Below are positions 22,940 to 35,702 of a stretch of 64,000 bases of DNA, in pieces (position 1 is the first letter of the stretch; every line of letters begins with the position of its first letter). The notes below the pieces were generated by a model. It was not told the DNA's origin. It searched no databases and saw only the letters and a program-made list of their open reading frames with translations. The translations under genes and the position numbers were made by a program. This DNA comes from Podarcis muralis (lineage: Eukaryota): NCBI RefSeq assembly GCF_964188315.1, contig NC_135661.1:50344001-50408000 (forward strand), given 5' to 3'.

Positions 22940-23110
22940 TATGGTGGCAACCAATTACCATGGGGAGTTGTGGCTCCTTTCTCTCTGGCAGTCATCAAGC
23001 AAAAGCTAGATGTTGGGGAAGGTCTAGCTCTAATTTCCTACTTTGAACAAGGGATTGAACTACCGGTAGGTTACCTCCAGGTGCCCATCCAATGCTCTGA
23101 TTTTATCAGA
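22940..23110 (+). mobile_element. Degenerate CR1 3' fragment
   Basis: ttaccatggggagttgtggctcc ... aagcaaaagctagatg ... caagggattgaactac resembles the CR1 3' end at 11.3-11.45 kb. Confidence 0.5.
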
Positions 23111-23617
23111 ACTATTCCTAGAACACTTTGAACATGGGTAATCCTCCTTCTACTGAGTCAGACATTTGGGTTAGTCTAACTAAAGATTGTCTTCACTTAC
23201 CACCAGTCACTGTCTAGTCTCCTTCAACCCTATCTTGAAGATCTTGAAGATTGAACCAAGGGGTCTTCAGCATTCAAAGCAGATATTTTACCATTGAGCG
23301 ATGGCCTTCCCTTTGGTGGAAAAAAAACATAGCATTGCTAAATTGCATCTACAGAAGATGCTCATTGCACTTAACTAAATGCCCTTTTCTACATCCCCTG
23401 TGGAATTACGGTAGCACTAGCTGCTTTCTGAACAGGAATATTAACAAATGCTCTCAAAGCAGCTTACAAAAACAAAATGTAACAGTCATGAAACAATTAA
23501 ATCATGAATAAACCACACAGTAAAACAGTAAAACAAAATAGTAGAGCATCAATATTAAAAATAGTAGCACCTCTAAACACATTTACTTGAGAATAAGTCC
23601 CATTGAAAAGAATAATA

Positions 23618-23663
<46 letters not shown>
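23618..23663 (+). repeat. (TAT)n microsatellite
   Basis: Read directly. Confidence 0.95.
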
Positions 23664-24597
23664 TGTTGTTGTTGTGGCTTCAGTGATGCAGCTAAGTCTA
23701 GTGCTCCAACTGTGCCATTCATCTCTGGACATGGTGGCAAATGCCTTCTTAAGTTATACCTTGTCTAGAATACTCTAATCTGCCCAATGTGCATCTGCCG
23801 TTTGGAAACGTCAGCTTGTATATCATTCCAAAGCTTCCTTGCTCTTTGGGTGCTGCCATGGGTCACTTCCACACTATACAGCATATTTATACCACTTTAA
23901 TAATAACGGCTTCCCGCAAAGAATCCTGGGCTTCTCTAAGTTACAATTCCCAGCACCTTTAACAAAGTAGAGCTCTGAGGAATCCATGTGCTTTAAGTGC
24001 ACTTTCAATATATGGCATGGCTGAGACCATGCTCTTCAACCGCAGAAACTGTGCATTGGCTTTTGCCTCTTGTCTGGGTTTATGTTCTAGGTGAGGCCTT
24101 ATAGGCTTCTTAGCCATTGCGGCACCCTACACCTCCCAGAAACACAAATACTGAGCCTGGGCAGATTTATCCATCCAAGAATTACAGCCCTGAACTCTAA
24201 AAAGTCATGAGGCTCTAAGACACAATTACATGATGTACTTCCTAAAAAGATTTGTGTTTCCTGACAGTATGCATTTATCAACTATTGGATTTCCTCTCTT
24301 CCTGTTTCAAGTGGAGAATCTGCTGTGATTAAAATTAAAGCAACAACAACTTGGGTTACGCTGCTTAAAATAGCATTTTAGCTAGATGGTAGTTAAAATA
24401 AAAAAGTAACTCCCACCTTATTATTATTTTTTGAGAGCCCTGTGGTTTCATTGTCTCCATCATTTAAAACATCTATAAAGCACCCAAATCTTGCTAAGCA
24501 CTGCATATAAGCCGTGACAGTGCTTGCCCATTGTCTCCCCAGTGTGAACGGGACCTCAGAGAGTTACTTCTCTCTGGGAGGGAGTTACTTTCCTTTA

Positions 24598-24850
24598 AAA
24601 AGGTAAAGGGACCATTAGGTCCAGAGCCGCTTCTGGCGAACCACAGCAGCGCACAGAAACGCCATTTACCTTCCCGCCGGAGCGATACCTATTTATCTAC
24701 TTGCACTTTGACGTGCTTTCAAACTGCTAGGTTCGCAGGAGCAGGGACCGAGCAACGGGAACTCACCCCGTCACGGGGATTCGAACCGCCAACCTTCTGA
24801 TTGGCAAGTCCTAGGCTCTGTAGTTTAACCCACAGTGCCACCCACGTCCC
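24598..24850 (-). mobile_element. Sauria SINE with an internal deletion of about 100 bp
   Basis: TSD tactttccttta at 24586-24597 and 24853-24864. It lacks the segment present in the 16993 and 26112 copies. Confidence 0.9.
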
Positions 24851-26111
24851 ACTACTTTCCTTTAGTGATGTGCAAATTCCCACAGGTTCATTTTGTATCG
24901 TGGTTTGCAGGAGAAAGTGAAGAACAATGTCTCTCTCACACCCCTTCCAAAAGTTTTGAATTGTTTGCTGGTCCCAATCCTTTTTTTTTGGGGGGGGGGG
25001 CTGCTGCTACTGCTCTCTCTTTCTGTCTCTTTGGAAGATTGGGGAGGGGGAGAGAAGTGACCAAGGGGAGGGCCCATAAACCAAGGTGAAGCGACTCCCT
25101 CTGGCAGTAGTATCTGCAAAGGCAGCTAGTTCTGGTCTCCAAGGCATGTATCACCTGCTACTACAGCATAGCTGTCAACTTTTCCCTTTTCTTGCGAGGA
25201 ATCCTATTTGGAATAAGGGAATTTCCCTTTTAAAAAAAGGGGGAAACATTGACAGCTATGTACTACAGTGGCATGCTCCTTGAAGGCCAGATCTGCTGCC
25301 TCCTCAGCAGCCTCCCCCCCCCCCCGCCATGCTGCCTCTGCTGTGGCTTCTTTGCAAATAGGAGGCACTGCTGGTCTCTCCCTACCATTATCCCCAGTGT
25401 AGTTCTTTATTCCTCCCTTCACTCACCCCCTTCTTCCTTGGCTGGGGTATGGGCCATTTTGTGGTTTGTATTAGGTGCCAAAATATCTTGGGTCAACCCT
25501 ACCAGAGAGGATGTTTTCCACTGCACTCAGTTTTAGGTCCAAATGTGCCTCTGAAGTTTGAAAGCATGGGGACCGCAAGGACAGAAAGTTGGGCTATGGG
25601 AATTCTGTTTCCCCTTCACACACCTGAGCAATGCTCAGATGGGCACTCCCCTTGTTCTCCTGCAGTACATGAATAACAAGAGGAGAGGCTAGTTCTTCAC
25701 TTAAAAACAGGTATGTGGGCATTTAAGGTGCCTTTCAGGAACTGGTTCAACCAGTGCAACCTCTCTTGCTATAATACAAGCTGCATCTGTTGAATATTTT
25801 TAAGCCAACAGCTAAGAATAAGAAGAGCCCTTCTGGATGCTGCATGCTGTTCTCACAACTGCCAACTAGACGCCTTTGGGAAGCTTGCAAGCAGGACGTC
25901 AGGACAACTGCACTCTCCCTACCTGCAATTTCCAGTGGCTGATAATCAGAGGACCCAGCCATACAGCTGCAAACAAAACGTTTCAAGTGTGTTTTAACTG
26001 CAATATACAATGTGACGCTAGATGGCGATGGCGAGCCTTATGGAAAATTCAATGTATTTTCAAAAAACCATTTTCAGAACGGTTTTTATATGTGTGTAGA
26101 TTCAACCAGAA

Positions 26112-26463
26112 GGGACGCAGGTAGTGCTGTGGGTTAAACCACAGAGCCTAGGACTTGCCGATCAGAAGGTCGGCGGTTCGAATCCCCACAACAGGGTGAG
26201 CTCCCGTTGCTCGGTCCCTGCCTGCTCCTGCCAACCTAGCAGTTCAAAAGCACGTCAAAGTGCAAGTAGATAAATAGGTACTGCTCCGGCGGGAAGGAAA
26301 ACGGCGTTTCCGTGCGCTGCTCTGGTTCGCCAGAAGCGGCTTAGTCATGCTGGCCACATGACCCGGAAGCTGTATGCCAGCTCCCTCAGCCAATAAAGCG
26401 AGATGAGCACCGCAACCCCAGAGTCGGCCATGACTGGACCTAATGGTTAGGGGTCCCTTTACC
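26112..26463 (+). mobile_element. Sauria SINE, full length
   Basis: gggacgcaggtagtgctgtgggttaaacc ... gggtccctttacc. TSD tagattcaa(c/a)caga at 26097-26110 and 26464-26477. Confidence 0.93.
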
Positions 26464-26739
26464 TAGATTCAAACAGAGTATAGACATCATGGCTGGTAGC
26501 TGTAGCTGAAAGCAAAGAAGTCTATATCAAGGCCAAAGGCAGCCAATTTGATGCTGAGTTAAGGTTAATAGGGAAAGCCAACCTAGCTAGGCTTCATATG
26601 AATACTAGAATTTACTCCTCCCATGTTGACTGCAGTAAGAACAGGTTGTCAATACAACTGTGTGCTCCCCAATTTGGGGATGATCTGCTGCCAATTCAAC
26701 CTGGATCTAGTTTTTGAAGCAAATGGGGGCCATGCACAG

Positions 26740-27560
26740 TTTAATTAGGGTTTAAAATCCTAATTAAACATGTCTACCACCACTTGTAGAAGTCTGTTCC
26801 ACTGTCAAACAGCTCTTACTGTCAGAAATGTCATTTCTTGTAACTTGAAGCCTTTGGTTCAGGTTCTAGCCTCTGGAGCAAGAACAAACAAACTTGCTCC
26901 ATGTGACAGCCCTTCAGATATTTGAAAATAGTTATCATATCTTCTCTCAGTCTCCTCTTATCCAGGCCCTTGATCATTTTGGCCACCCTGCTTTGCACAT
27001 GTTCCAGCTTGTCAACATCCTTAAGTTGCGGTGCCCAGAACTACATACAGGATTCTAGATGTGGTTTGACCAAGGCAGAATAGAGTGGTACTATTACTTC
27101 CCTTGCTTGGGATCATAGGTGCCAACTCCCTGGGGCTCTGGGTGCCTGAGCACCTACAAAATTCCCCATGAAGGGGCCTGGCACCCACAAATTTCATCAC
27201 CAGGGCCATGCACAGTGTATGGTACCCATGGCGCCAGGCACCCATGGTCGCAAGGCCAAGCTGGCAATCCTGCTTGGGACAGCCAAAAATAGCATTAGGG
27301 CTTTGGGGCTGCTGCATCACATTGTTGACTCATGTTAAGCTTGAGGTCTAAATCCAAGTAATTTATAAAGGTGTTGAACAACAACGGTCCCAGGCCAGAA
27401 CCTTGTGGCACCCCACTTTTCACTTTCCCCCAGGATGACAAGGAAATAATTAGTGAGTATCCTTTTGGTGCGGTCAGTCAACCAACTACAAATCCACCAA
27501 ACAATAGCCTCGTCCACCCCACATTGCACCAGCTTCTCCACAAGACTATCATGTTCTCTC
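26740..27560 (-). mobile_element. CR1 LINE fragment (RT region to 3' part) with internal deletions and a nested MITE
   Basis: The minus strand encodes a frameshifted RT: HDSLVEKLVQCGVD...WICSWLTDRT plus a GVPQGSGLGPLLFNTFIN-type motif near 27360-27415. Confidence 0.85.
27114..27272. mobile_element. hAT-type MITE inserted in CR1
   Basis: cttgggat|cataggtgccaact ... agctggcaatcctg|cttgggac; 8-bp TSD with one mismatch. Confidence 0.7.
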
Positions 27561-27636
27561 TCCCTGTACTGCACTCCTTTCCTGCTTCTCCTTTCAATGT
27601 CCAAGCTGAGAAAGGGACAGGGGTATCATCCAGGAA

Positions 27637-27825
27637 AGGGACATAGCTCAGTGGTAGAGCACCTCTGCGTGCAGAAGGTCCAAGTTTTAATCCCTGGCAT
27701 CTCCAGGTAGGGCTATGATAAGTTCATGTCTGGATCCTATTCAATTCCTGCTGTTAAGTGTAGACAGTACTGAACTAGCTGGACCAGAAGTCTAACTCTG
27801 TATAAGACATCCCTGTGAGCTCCTG
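27637..27825 (+). mobile_element. tRNA-derived SINE (Squam2-like)
   Basis: agggacatagctcagtggtagagcacc ... cagaaggtcc ... atccctggcatctccaggtagggct. Confidence 0.8.
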
Positions 27826-27837
27826 GGCTGCTGTAGC

Positions 27838-28092
27838 CAGTGGCGAAGCTACCTGCTCTGGCACCGGGAGCGGCGTACACCTGGGGGCATGGCTGGCGCA
27901 TGTCCCCAGGGTGCGTGACGTGCCGCCTGTGGGGGCATGACTCATGTCGGGGGGGCATGGTGAGCGGCGCACGTCCTGGGGGTGTGCAGTGAGTCCCGAG
28001 CATCCCAGGAGGGTAGGGGTGGCCGCAATGCCCCCCCCCCGGGATGGCACCCGGGGTGGACCGCTTCCCCCCCCCACCTTCATCCACCAGTG
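27838..28092. mobile_element. GC/CpG-rich hAT-type MITE with perfect 8-bp TSD
   Basis: gctgtagc|cagtggcgaagct ... ccaccagtg|gctgtagc, with the TSD at 27830-27837 and 28093-28100. Confidence 0.8.
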
Positions 28093-29409
28093 GCTGTAGC
28101 AACTCATAAGAAGCTGTTAGTCCTACTGACTCCTTTGTTGCATGAACCAAAGGACATCTAACCACAATATGAAATTATATAGAGAGCCTCGGCAACCCGT
28201 TGGGAAGATTTGTTTTAAGGCACAAAGAGAACTGGAAAGACAATTACAATGGCAATCACTGTAAAACAACTAAGAGATCATGCACTGAGCACGCTAACTC
28301 AGATTAGAAAAGATCCTCGCCTCATTTAATAGAGAAAATACATATCTAGATTGGCCAAGTCATTAACAACAGAAGCACCTTTAAATTGAAATAATAAAAC
28401 CATAGTCATCATAAGGGAGCTTGAGAGAAACCAGGCCAACATTTGGTTGCAAGGTGTAATTAGAAGCCAGCTTGAAAGGAAGCAACATGTCTTTATTACT
28501 TTCAGAAGCCGTTTAAAGAAAGGATGGAACTCTCGTTTCAGCTGAGCTGGGTGTGAAATCAACAAGATCACAACAGAAACAACTCTCTGGACCGTATCCA
28601 GACAAGTACGTTGGGTTTCGCACTTGGCATGGTGATGAAACTGATAAGCTTAGCTAGATCTATCGCTGCTTAGAACACGTTGAGAATACCCAGAATTACA
28701 GGGGTTGGGGGTGCTTCTATAAATTTTTTTTTGATGCAAGTGGGATGCCTGGTGACTCATGGTAAACCTCTGGCATTTCGTGGAAGATGTTCTACTCATC
28801 AGTGTTGTACGTGCACTCAAGGGAAGTAGGAAAGAACTGACATTGTAAAGTTTCACAGAGCTGAATGACTCTAGGTCAGGCGATTTCATGAAACCAAACT
28901 TGAAAGTTTCTCGCTGTTAGTAACAGCTAGACCGATATCCTAAGAAACAGACTGCTGCTATGTTGTCTTAATTTCTGATTTCTTGATTTTAAAAAACATA
29001 TTTGATATTTCATTTTCTTACATTTATTTCCCCACTTTCTTCCATTACAGAACTTATGGCAGTATATGTGTGGTTCCCATTTATGGTTCGTATACTGATT
29101 TCTGTATCTTAATGTACTGTTCTGTTCCCATACTGGGAACCTTAAGTATCCCCGGCAGAATACCAGTTTAATCATCGTCAACAACAACAACAACAACATG
29201 TTGGGACAGGGGTGAAGAACATCAGGTCTGGGGACCAAATGTGGCTCTCCAGGCCTTTCTATATGGCCCTTGGGACTCTCCCCAGGCTATGGCACTCACA
29301 GGCCATGCCCTGCTTGAGGGTTTTGCTGCGCTGGAATTAATCCTTTAATTCAGATAATGGCTCCTTGCTTGTCTGGATGGACGATAGAGAGGGGTAGGTA
29401 TGTGTGTGT

Positions 29410-29750
29410 AGAAACTAGCCTACTGTACAAAGGCAAAATTAGAGACTTTTTTAGTGCAAATGTTCCCCAATATAAACAAGTTTGGATGCAGTTTTGCCCA
29501 ATATGCACAATTTTTGCAAAGAGATTCCCCCTAATATTTTTGTATGTTATTTTTATGAATATATGCATTTATATGCACACCTTATCCTTTTTATCCCTTT
29601 TAATGTGCTGGAGAGATGCACTGCAAAATTAGGAGAAGAATTTTTTTTGAAGTACAGTGGTAATTTGATTCGTTTCTTGTTTCAGGAAGTGTAAATTTGG
29701 TGAGTTTTCCTTTCAATGTGAACTGATTTGAATTTTTCCCTCATCCCTAT
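29410..29750. mobile_element. AT-rich non-autonomous DNA transposon fragment (TAGGGATG family)
   Basis: Same motifs as the 13856 copy; ends ccctcatcccta. Confidence 0.6.
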
Positions 29751-29862
29751 TGGCAAGGTAACTTGGCACTCATTAAGAGGAGAGACTCCCCAGCTCATAG
29801 TGGCAGAGGGCCTTGATGAGGTAACTGGAGAGTTAACCTGCTTTGAGAGTTGTTGCTGGTGT

Positions 29863-29863
29863 T

Positions 29864-29918
<55 letters not shown>

Positions 29919-29920
29919 TT
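29863..29920 (+). repeat. (TTTA)n microsatellite (probable retroposon tail)
   Basis: Read directly. It is followed by L2-like 3' end sequence on the minus strand. Confidence 0.95.
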
Positions 29921-30024
29921 GCATCTGTTAGTCAGCTTACTTTCAAAAAGTCTCCAAGCAACTTAATAACAAAATAAAAAACAAACAGCTAAAAAGAATA
30001 AAAAGTCAATTTTAAAAGTATGTA

Positions 30025-30250
30025 CAGAGGTACCTTGGGTTACAGACGCTTCAGGTTACAGACTCCGCTAACCTAGAAATAGTACCTTGGGTTAAGAACT
30101 TTGCTTCAGGATGAGAACAGAAATTGCATGGCGGCGGTGTGGCGGCAGTGGGAGGCCCCATTAGCTAAAGTGGTGCTTCAGGTTAAGAACAGTTTCAGGT
30201 TAAGAACGGAGCTCCAGAACGAATTAAGTTCTTAACCCGAGGTACCACTG
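30025..30250. mobile_element. Tc1/mariner (Tigger-like) MITE, same family as the 62978 copy
   Basis: TA|cagaggtaccttgggttacagacgcttcagg ... ttaacccgaggtaccactg|TA. Confidence 0.92.
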
Positions 30251-31644
30251 TACGCACTAAATTCCTAAAATGATCACCTAGGAATACAATCAGACAGAGA
30301 AGTCCTACCCTACCCTACTAAAAGCCTGGGTAAATAAAAATGTCTTGACCTGACACCTGACACCTTAAACCTGACAACGATGACATCAGGCATTTTTTTT
30401 TTTAACTGGAGAGACCTTCCATAGATGGGGAGCTATCACTGAAAAAGACTGTTCTTGTGTGGTCACCCTCTGCACCTCCCTAGATGAGGCAGGTGGAGAA
30501 GGACCTCTGATGAAGATCAAAGGGTCTGGGCTTGCTCCTGTGAGGAGATGGGGTCCTTGAGGTCCAGTATATGTAAAGACCCCTCTGAGCAAAATGAACA
30601 TAATCATATAATCTATAGACAAGGAAAAACTACTACTTTTTCAGCTACTATGTGGATAGTTTACAACCTCTGCCACCGCAATCTGAAACTGGGTTGCCTT
30701 CCTCTAAAGGAGTGGTGAGGAACCTTTGGCCCTCCAAATGTTGCTGAGCATCAGCTCCCACCATCCCTAGCTGTTGGCCGTACTCAGGCTTGACCCACTG
30801 GAGAGGAAGGTGAGGTGCCTTTCTCAAGCGGTGGAAACCTAAGAGGCACTGCCTGCCATGCCCCTGCTGCCACACCGCTGTCTCTGCTTGCAGCTAAGAA
30901 GTGGCACCAGCAGCGGTTTCCACAGAGACCTCACAGAGCACCTGAGATCTTGTGAGACTTCCCTGAGATCTTAGTGGAAACTGCTGTTGCGGGCACAAGT
31001 GTTGCTGTTGGTGTTTTGTGGCAGCCGCTGCCACACAACACAGGTAAGATAGTAGCAATACCAGTAGGGGTGAGGAGTGGCAGCAGGAGGGAACAGCATG
31101 TTCCAATTTTGCCTCAATCTGCAAAACTGGATGGGCTGCCATTGGTTGTACCTGCTGGGGCTGATGGGAGTTGTAGTTCAGCAACAGCTGGAGAGCCAAA
31201 GGTTCTCCACCTCTAGCCTTTTGCTGTTATAGTGATTTCAGATGCGGTTGTGATTCAATATTATAAAACATAGTTACTTTTTGTTGATTTTAGCATGTTT
31301 ATGTTCTTTCATATTATAAACTGCCTGCCATTTTTAGCAAATAAATTAGGTAAGAGAAACTTTTGTAAATAGCTAACTAAAATATTGTTATAGAGAAGAA
31401 CATTCTGCTTCTTAAGGAATGGCGTACTGACATTTCCCAGCACATTCCTTCATAAAAAAAACAATGTCATGTAATGTCTTCGCATCAGGAGCATCTGGCT
31501 TTGCAGGACCCAGAAAAAAAATGACTATACTTAAGAGTCGTGGTTTATTATGAAGTGTATCATAGCTGGTTTATAATTACTTCTGAAGAAAATTGCAAGG
31601 CAACTTGAACAGCAGCAACACTCAAAGACGTACATTATTAAGGA

Positions 31645-31850
31645 AGATTAAGGAATTTCTCCCAGGAAAAGAGACTTCAGAGTGACCTAATTGAAGTTTT
31701 TAACATTCTCAAGGGAACTAACAGAAATTGGTTCATGCAAATTCTTCACCCTTTCAAAAGAACACAAGTTCTAGAGAACATTATCTTTAAATAAATAAAA
31801 AGGAGTTTAAGATCAAAAAGAAATAAGAAGAATAATGTAGGATAATTTGG
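31645..31850 (+). mobile_element. Ancient CR1/L3-like LINE fragment
   Basis: gaaaagagacttcagagtgacctaattgaagtttttaacattctcaaggg resembles a decayed ORF2 C-terminus (RRLRGDLIEVFKILKG-type). Confidence 0.55.
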
Positions 31851-32453
31851 CTTGGCTTGGGCAGACTCTTCTGGGTCATTTGTTTTACCTCCCCACCCTC
31901 CACCCCAAAGATGTAGTGTGCTACATCACATAAGAAATGCAGTTTGTAACTTTTTATTTATTTGGCAACTTTGGAAAGCACTGCAGACATACTTCTCCCT
32001 TACATTAAAGTAGGGATGCTGAATAATTTCATTCGGTCCATATTATTAAGCAAACTCTCCTGATTTGTGCTCCTGGGTTAGTATTTTATTCATTTTGTCA
32101 TCATCATCATCATCCTACCCTTCCTCCTAAAGCAGTCCAGGGCAAAACACACACAAGTGATGAAACTATATAAAACCAATTCCGTTATAGACACAGACTG
32201 GGAAAGATCTTTACTTAAAAGGCTCAACTTGAGGGAGGAATGTCTTCAGCAGGTCGCCAAAATATAGCAGAGATGGCACAATACAGTTTTTGAGTAGAGT
32301 AAGTATGAAAATGTATATTTTCAGGATAATAGGCATATAAAAGCACATAATTTAGGGTAAAATATCTACAAAAACAATATGAATGTTCCCTCCAATCACA
32401 GGTTGACATGCAAATAGGACAGAATGGACCTATGAATATATACATGCAAAACT

Positions 32454-32560
32454 GAGTTCTGCAGTGGCAAAACTGAGTCTGAGGAAGAAGCAGACAGCCA
32501 GGACCACCCTCTGGACTGGTTGTAAGTAAGAAGGCAGGTGGTTTGGAGGAATCAAGACTG
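32454..32560 (+). repeat. Unclassified dispersed repeat, copy 2 (homologous to 11720-11850)
   Basis: Visual alignment over about 100 bp with a near-identical core. Confidence 0.75.
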
Positions 32561-34034
32561 AGGCTGGTTAGGCAGTGTCCCATATGCCCTAATGGACCAG
32601 CATCCACTGACAGCAATGTAGCTTCTCATCTTGCTAAGAAAGGACAGGAACACATACAGCTCACAGAGTAGAGAGATGTGAAAGTGTCTCTTACTAGGTT
32701 GTGGAGAAACATGAAGAGCAGGAAGCATAAAGTACTTGCACTTCCTGTTTTCTCACATTACACAATGCCTGAAGCCACTCTTGGATCTCAGGTCTTGGAA
32801 CCAGGCTTTTCAAGACTCTGGATACAAGTTATGCAGCAGCTCAGATACTGCAAAATTATCCTAATTAACGTGAAATGGGGTACAAAGGTGGGGCAACCAA
32901 ACAGTCTGTTTGCTTTGATCTCAAACATTCAGCTCAGCCTAGGGCCAGTTTTCCTTAACTGATGATACTATGGCATCGCAAATCACAAGTGAAGGTGAAA
33001 CTGACCAGAACAAAGGCAAAATTGGGAGATTCTTTTTCAAAGCCAGAGGGAAGGAGATCGTCTTGAACACAGGGTGTCTCCTTCCCCAAATAGGGAGAGT
33101 TTCCAGTTTAGGTCTGTAGCTTGTGATTTTATGGTGTGAGCCCACAATGCTTCAGACACAAGGTGGTGAAAGAAAACACAGTCACACAGTGCCTGTTATT
33201 AAGGGGAATAAACATACACTCAACTAATCTTAAAGAAAATAGTATTTCAGATTTTTCACAAGATAAAATAAGCAGGTACAAAGCAAAATCACTTGGAAAT
33301 TATATCTTGGGTAAGAACGTTTGGTTTTGCAAAAGGCCTTTTGCACATTATGAAATACAGGAGAAACAAGTGCAACACATTCATCTCTTAAAGCTGTGTG
33401 ATAATTGTCACAGAAGAGCAATTCAGTTCATCAACCCTCAAGGTTTCTTTCATTGATTAATTTTTTACATGTTTCACCATGGCTATCCAAAACAGGGGTA
33501 ACAAACATGTAAGAATAAGTCCATGAAAATGTGTAAAGAAAAAAATCAAACCCTAAGTATAGTTAATAAATAAAATGGGTTTATCCAGAAGGAGTTCTGT
33601 CAGGTTTAGAACACTAAATTAATTATCCAAGTCATTGGAAGTGTGTGTGAGTGTTTATTGCTCACCAAACATTTGTGTTGTTTTGAGAGTTTCTGTTCCT
33701 TTGGTTATTATTTCTTGCTGCCATTTTCATTTTTCTTTGTTGCTTTTGTTCTTGTAATCCTCATTTGTCCACAGTTCTCCTTAGTCTGATTGTCTGTGAT
33801 AAGTTCATGTAATGTATTTATGGCTGTCCATGATGCCATCACATCATGGCATCACCTGCAAAATCATGTGGACAACCACATCCAATAGGCATCTTGGAAA
33901 GTCTGGGGAAAATGAAGTTGAGGGACAACTGATATGGTAACAAAACGAACTGCATCACAACAACACACAAGTGTGTTTGGAGCAAGTACTTTAAAACTGT
34001 TGAAAATGGGAGGCACTTTTAGATTAGCCTAGGA

Positions 34035-34169
34035 CAGGCTTCCTCAGCCTTGGCCCTTCAGATGTTTTGAGAATACAATTCCCATCATCCCTGACCACTG
34101 GTCCTGCTACCTAGGGATCATGGGAGTTGTAGGCCAAAAAATCTGGAGAGCCGAGGTTGAGGAAGCCTG
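34035..34169. mobile_element. Palindromic hAT-type MITE with perfect 8-bp TSD (relatives near 30.7, 31.15, 51.5, 53.3 and 53.7 kb)
   Basis: gcctagga|caggcttcctca ... tgaggaagcctg|gcctagga; internal arms cccatcatccct/agggatcatggg. Confidence 0.92.
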
Positions 34170-35481
34170 GCCTAGGATAATTTGTCATTTTGAAGCTCAT
34201 CAACATGACAACAGAAGTAAATTATTTTTCTGTGAAATCATCTATAACTTGAACTTAGTGTCCACTGAAATCAGTGGACAATAGTCATAATTATTCACTT
34301 GTCCTACTAAGTTCAGTGGGACTTACAGTCAACTAACAGTCTGGATCCAATCCATAGTATATTTTAGGTAATGATGCATATAGCTCTAGCCAAATCCAGG
34401 TCAACATCAGTACACCTATGCATGGAAATTATGCTGTCTTTGAGTCAGAGCAGGCCCACTTAAAGGAAAGGACCTAAGTTAGCCATGTCCATCAATTCTG
34501 CTCAGAGTAGAACTCAATGGGTACAAACCCATTGAACTGAATGAAAATTACCGTAGTTTCTGACCTGGTAATGGAGGTGTATCTATAGAGAAAGGAAATT
34601 GCTGGCTTCTCAGTCATATTAAGAAAAATGAGAAGGGTCAATCACTATTGGGGTCCATTCCTAATAAATGGTTGTTGTTGTTATTCCCATTGGACGGTTT
34701 CCCAACCACTCAAAATCACCAACAAGTAGATGTCCACACCTTAGTGAATCTGTCTCTCTTGTCTGAAATGTTGGTCCCTTTGTAAGACTTCTGACCAAAG
34801 AGAAAAGCAAAACAAGTTCTGTTGTGAATATCACGGAATCACTCAAGATCAGGGCAAGGTCCACTCATTAATGAATGTCATTTGAGATAATTAAGTAGCC
34901 CTTTCTGGCTGGTTGGACACAGAGGATGCAAAATGTTTACTGGGAATCCCATGGGAAGCCTGGAAGGCTTGGCCTCCAAATAATGTTTCAATTTGTTCCA
35001 AACTGGGTATCCTGGAGGCTGGAGGCAACGGCTGGAGGCAATGGCTGTGCAGAATCAGCCTGAGGGATCTCAGACCTGCTAATCTTTGGTAGGTAATTAT
35101 ATTCTGACTGAGGCTAAATTAACAAATATATAATTTGCCAGTTTAGATCTCCTCCTTATTACAGAGATGTAGGAAGTAGTACCTATAATACTGCCTTTCC
35201 CAGGCTCCCTTTTATACCTCCAAGGCTTGATGCACTTTATTAATGCTTCCATCTTACAGAGGGGGAGCCATGATAGTCTGCTGCAGCATAAACAAAGAGG
35301 CAATTCTTAAATCACAATACCCAGCCAATGAAGTAGACCAAAAAAACAGGTCAACAAAGAAAGCCTGGTACCCAAAAATAATCTACGATAGTACAGACTC
35401 CATACAGAAAGTGACAGAACACCACTTGCAAAGTACAACTGCCAGGTCAAACTGCTCCAATGGATGCACTGATGACTAGGG

Positions 35482-35702
35482 TAGGGTTGCCATATTTCAA
35501 AAAGTAAAAACCAGGACACCCACAACGACCTTTTTATTTTTTTATTTTTATGAAACCACTGAAATTGTTGACCCACAATTTTCTGATTGACTTGCCTAAG
35601 ATCTATGACAAAGCACTGCCTTTCGGAAATTTCCCCCAGACGTCAATTACGCCTTTGAAATCCCAGTAATGTTTGGAAAAACCTGGATGTATGGCAGCCC
35701 TA
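35482..35702. mobile_element. hAT-type MITE (TAGGGTTGCC ends)
   Basis: tagggttgccatatttcaaaaagt ... atggcagcccta. No clear TSD. Confidence 0.7.

Noticed and set aside
27737-28165. Overlapping 142-aa and 110-aa ORFs
   Set aside because: They result from the stop-poor, GC-rich MITE.
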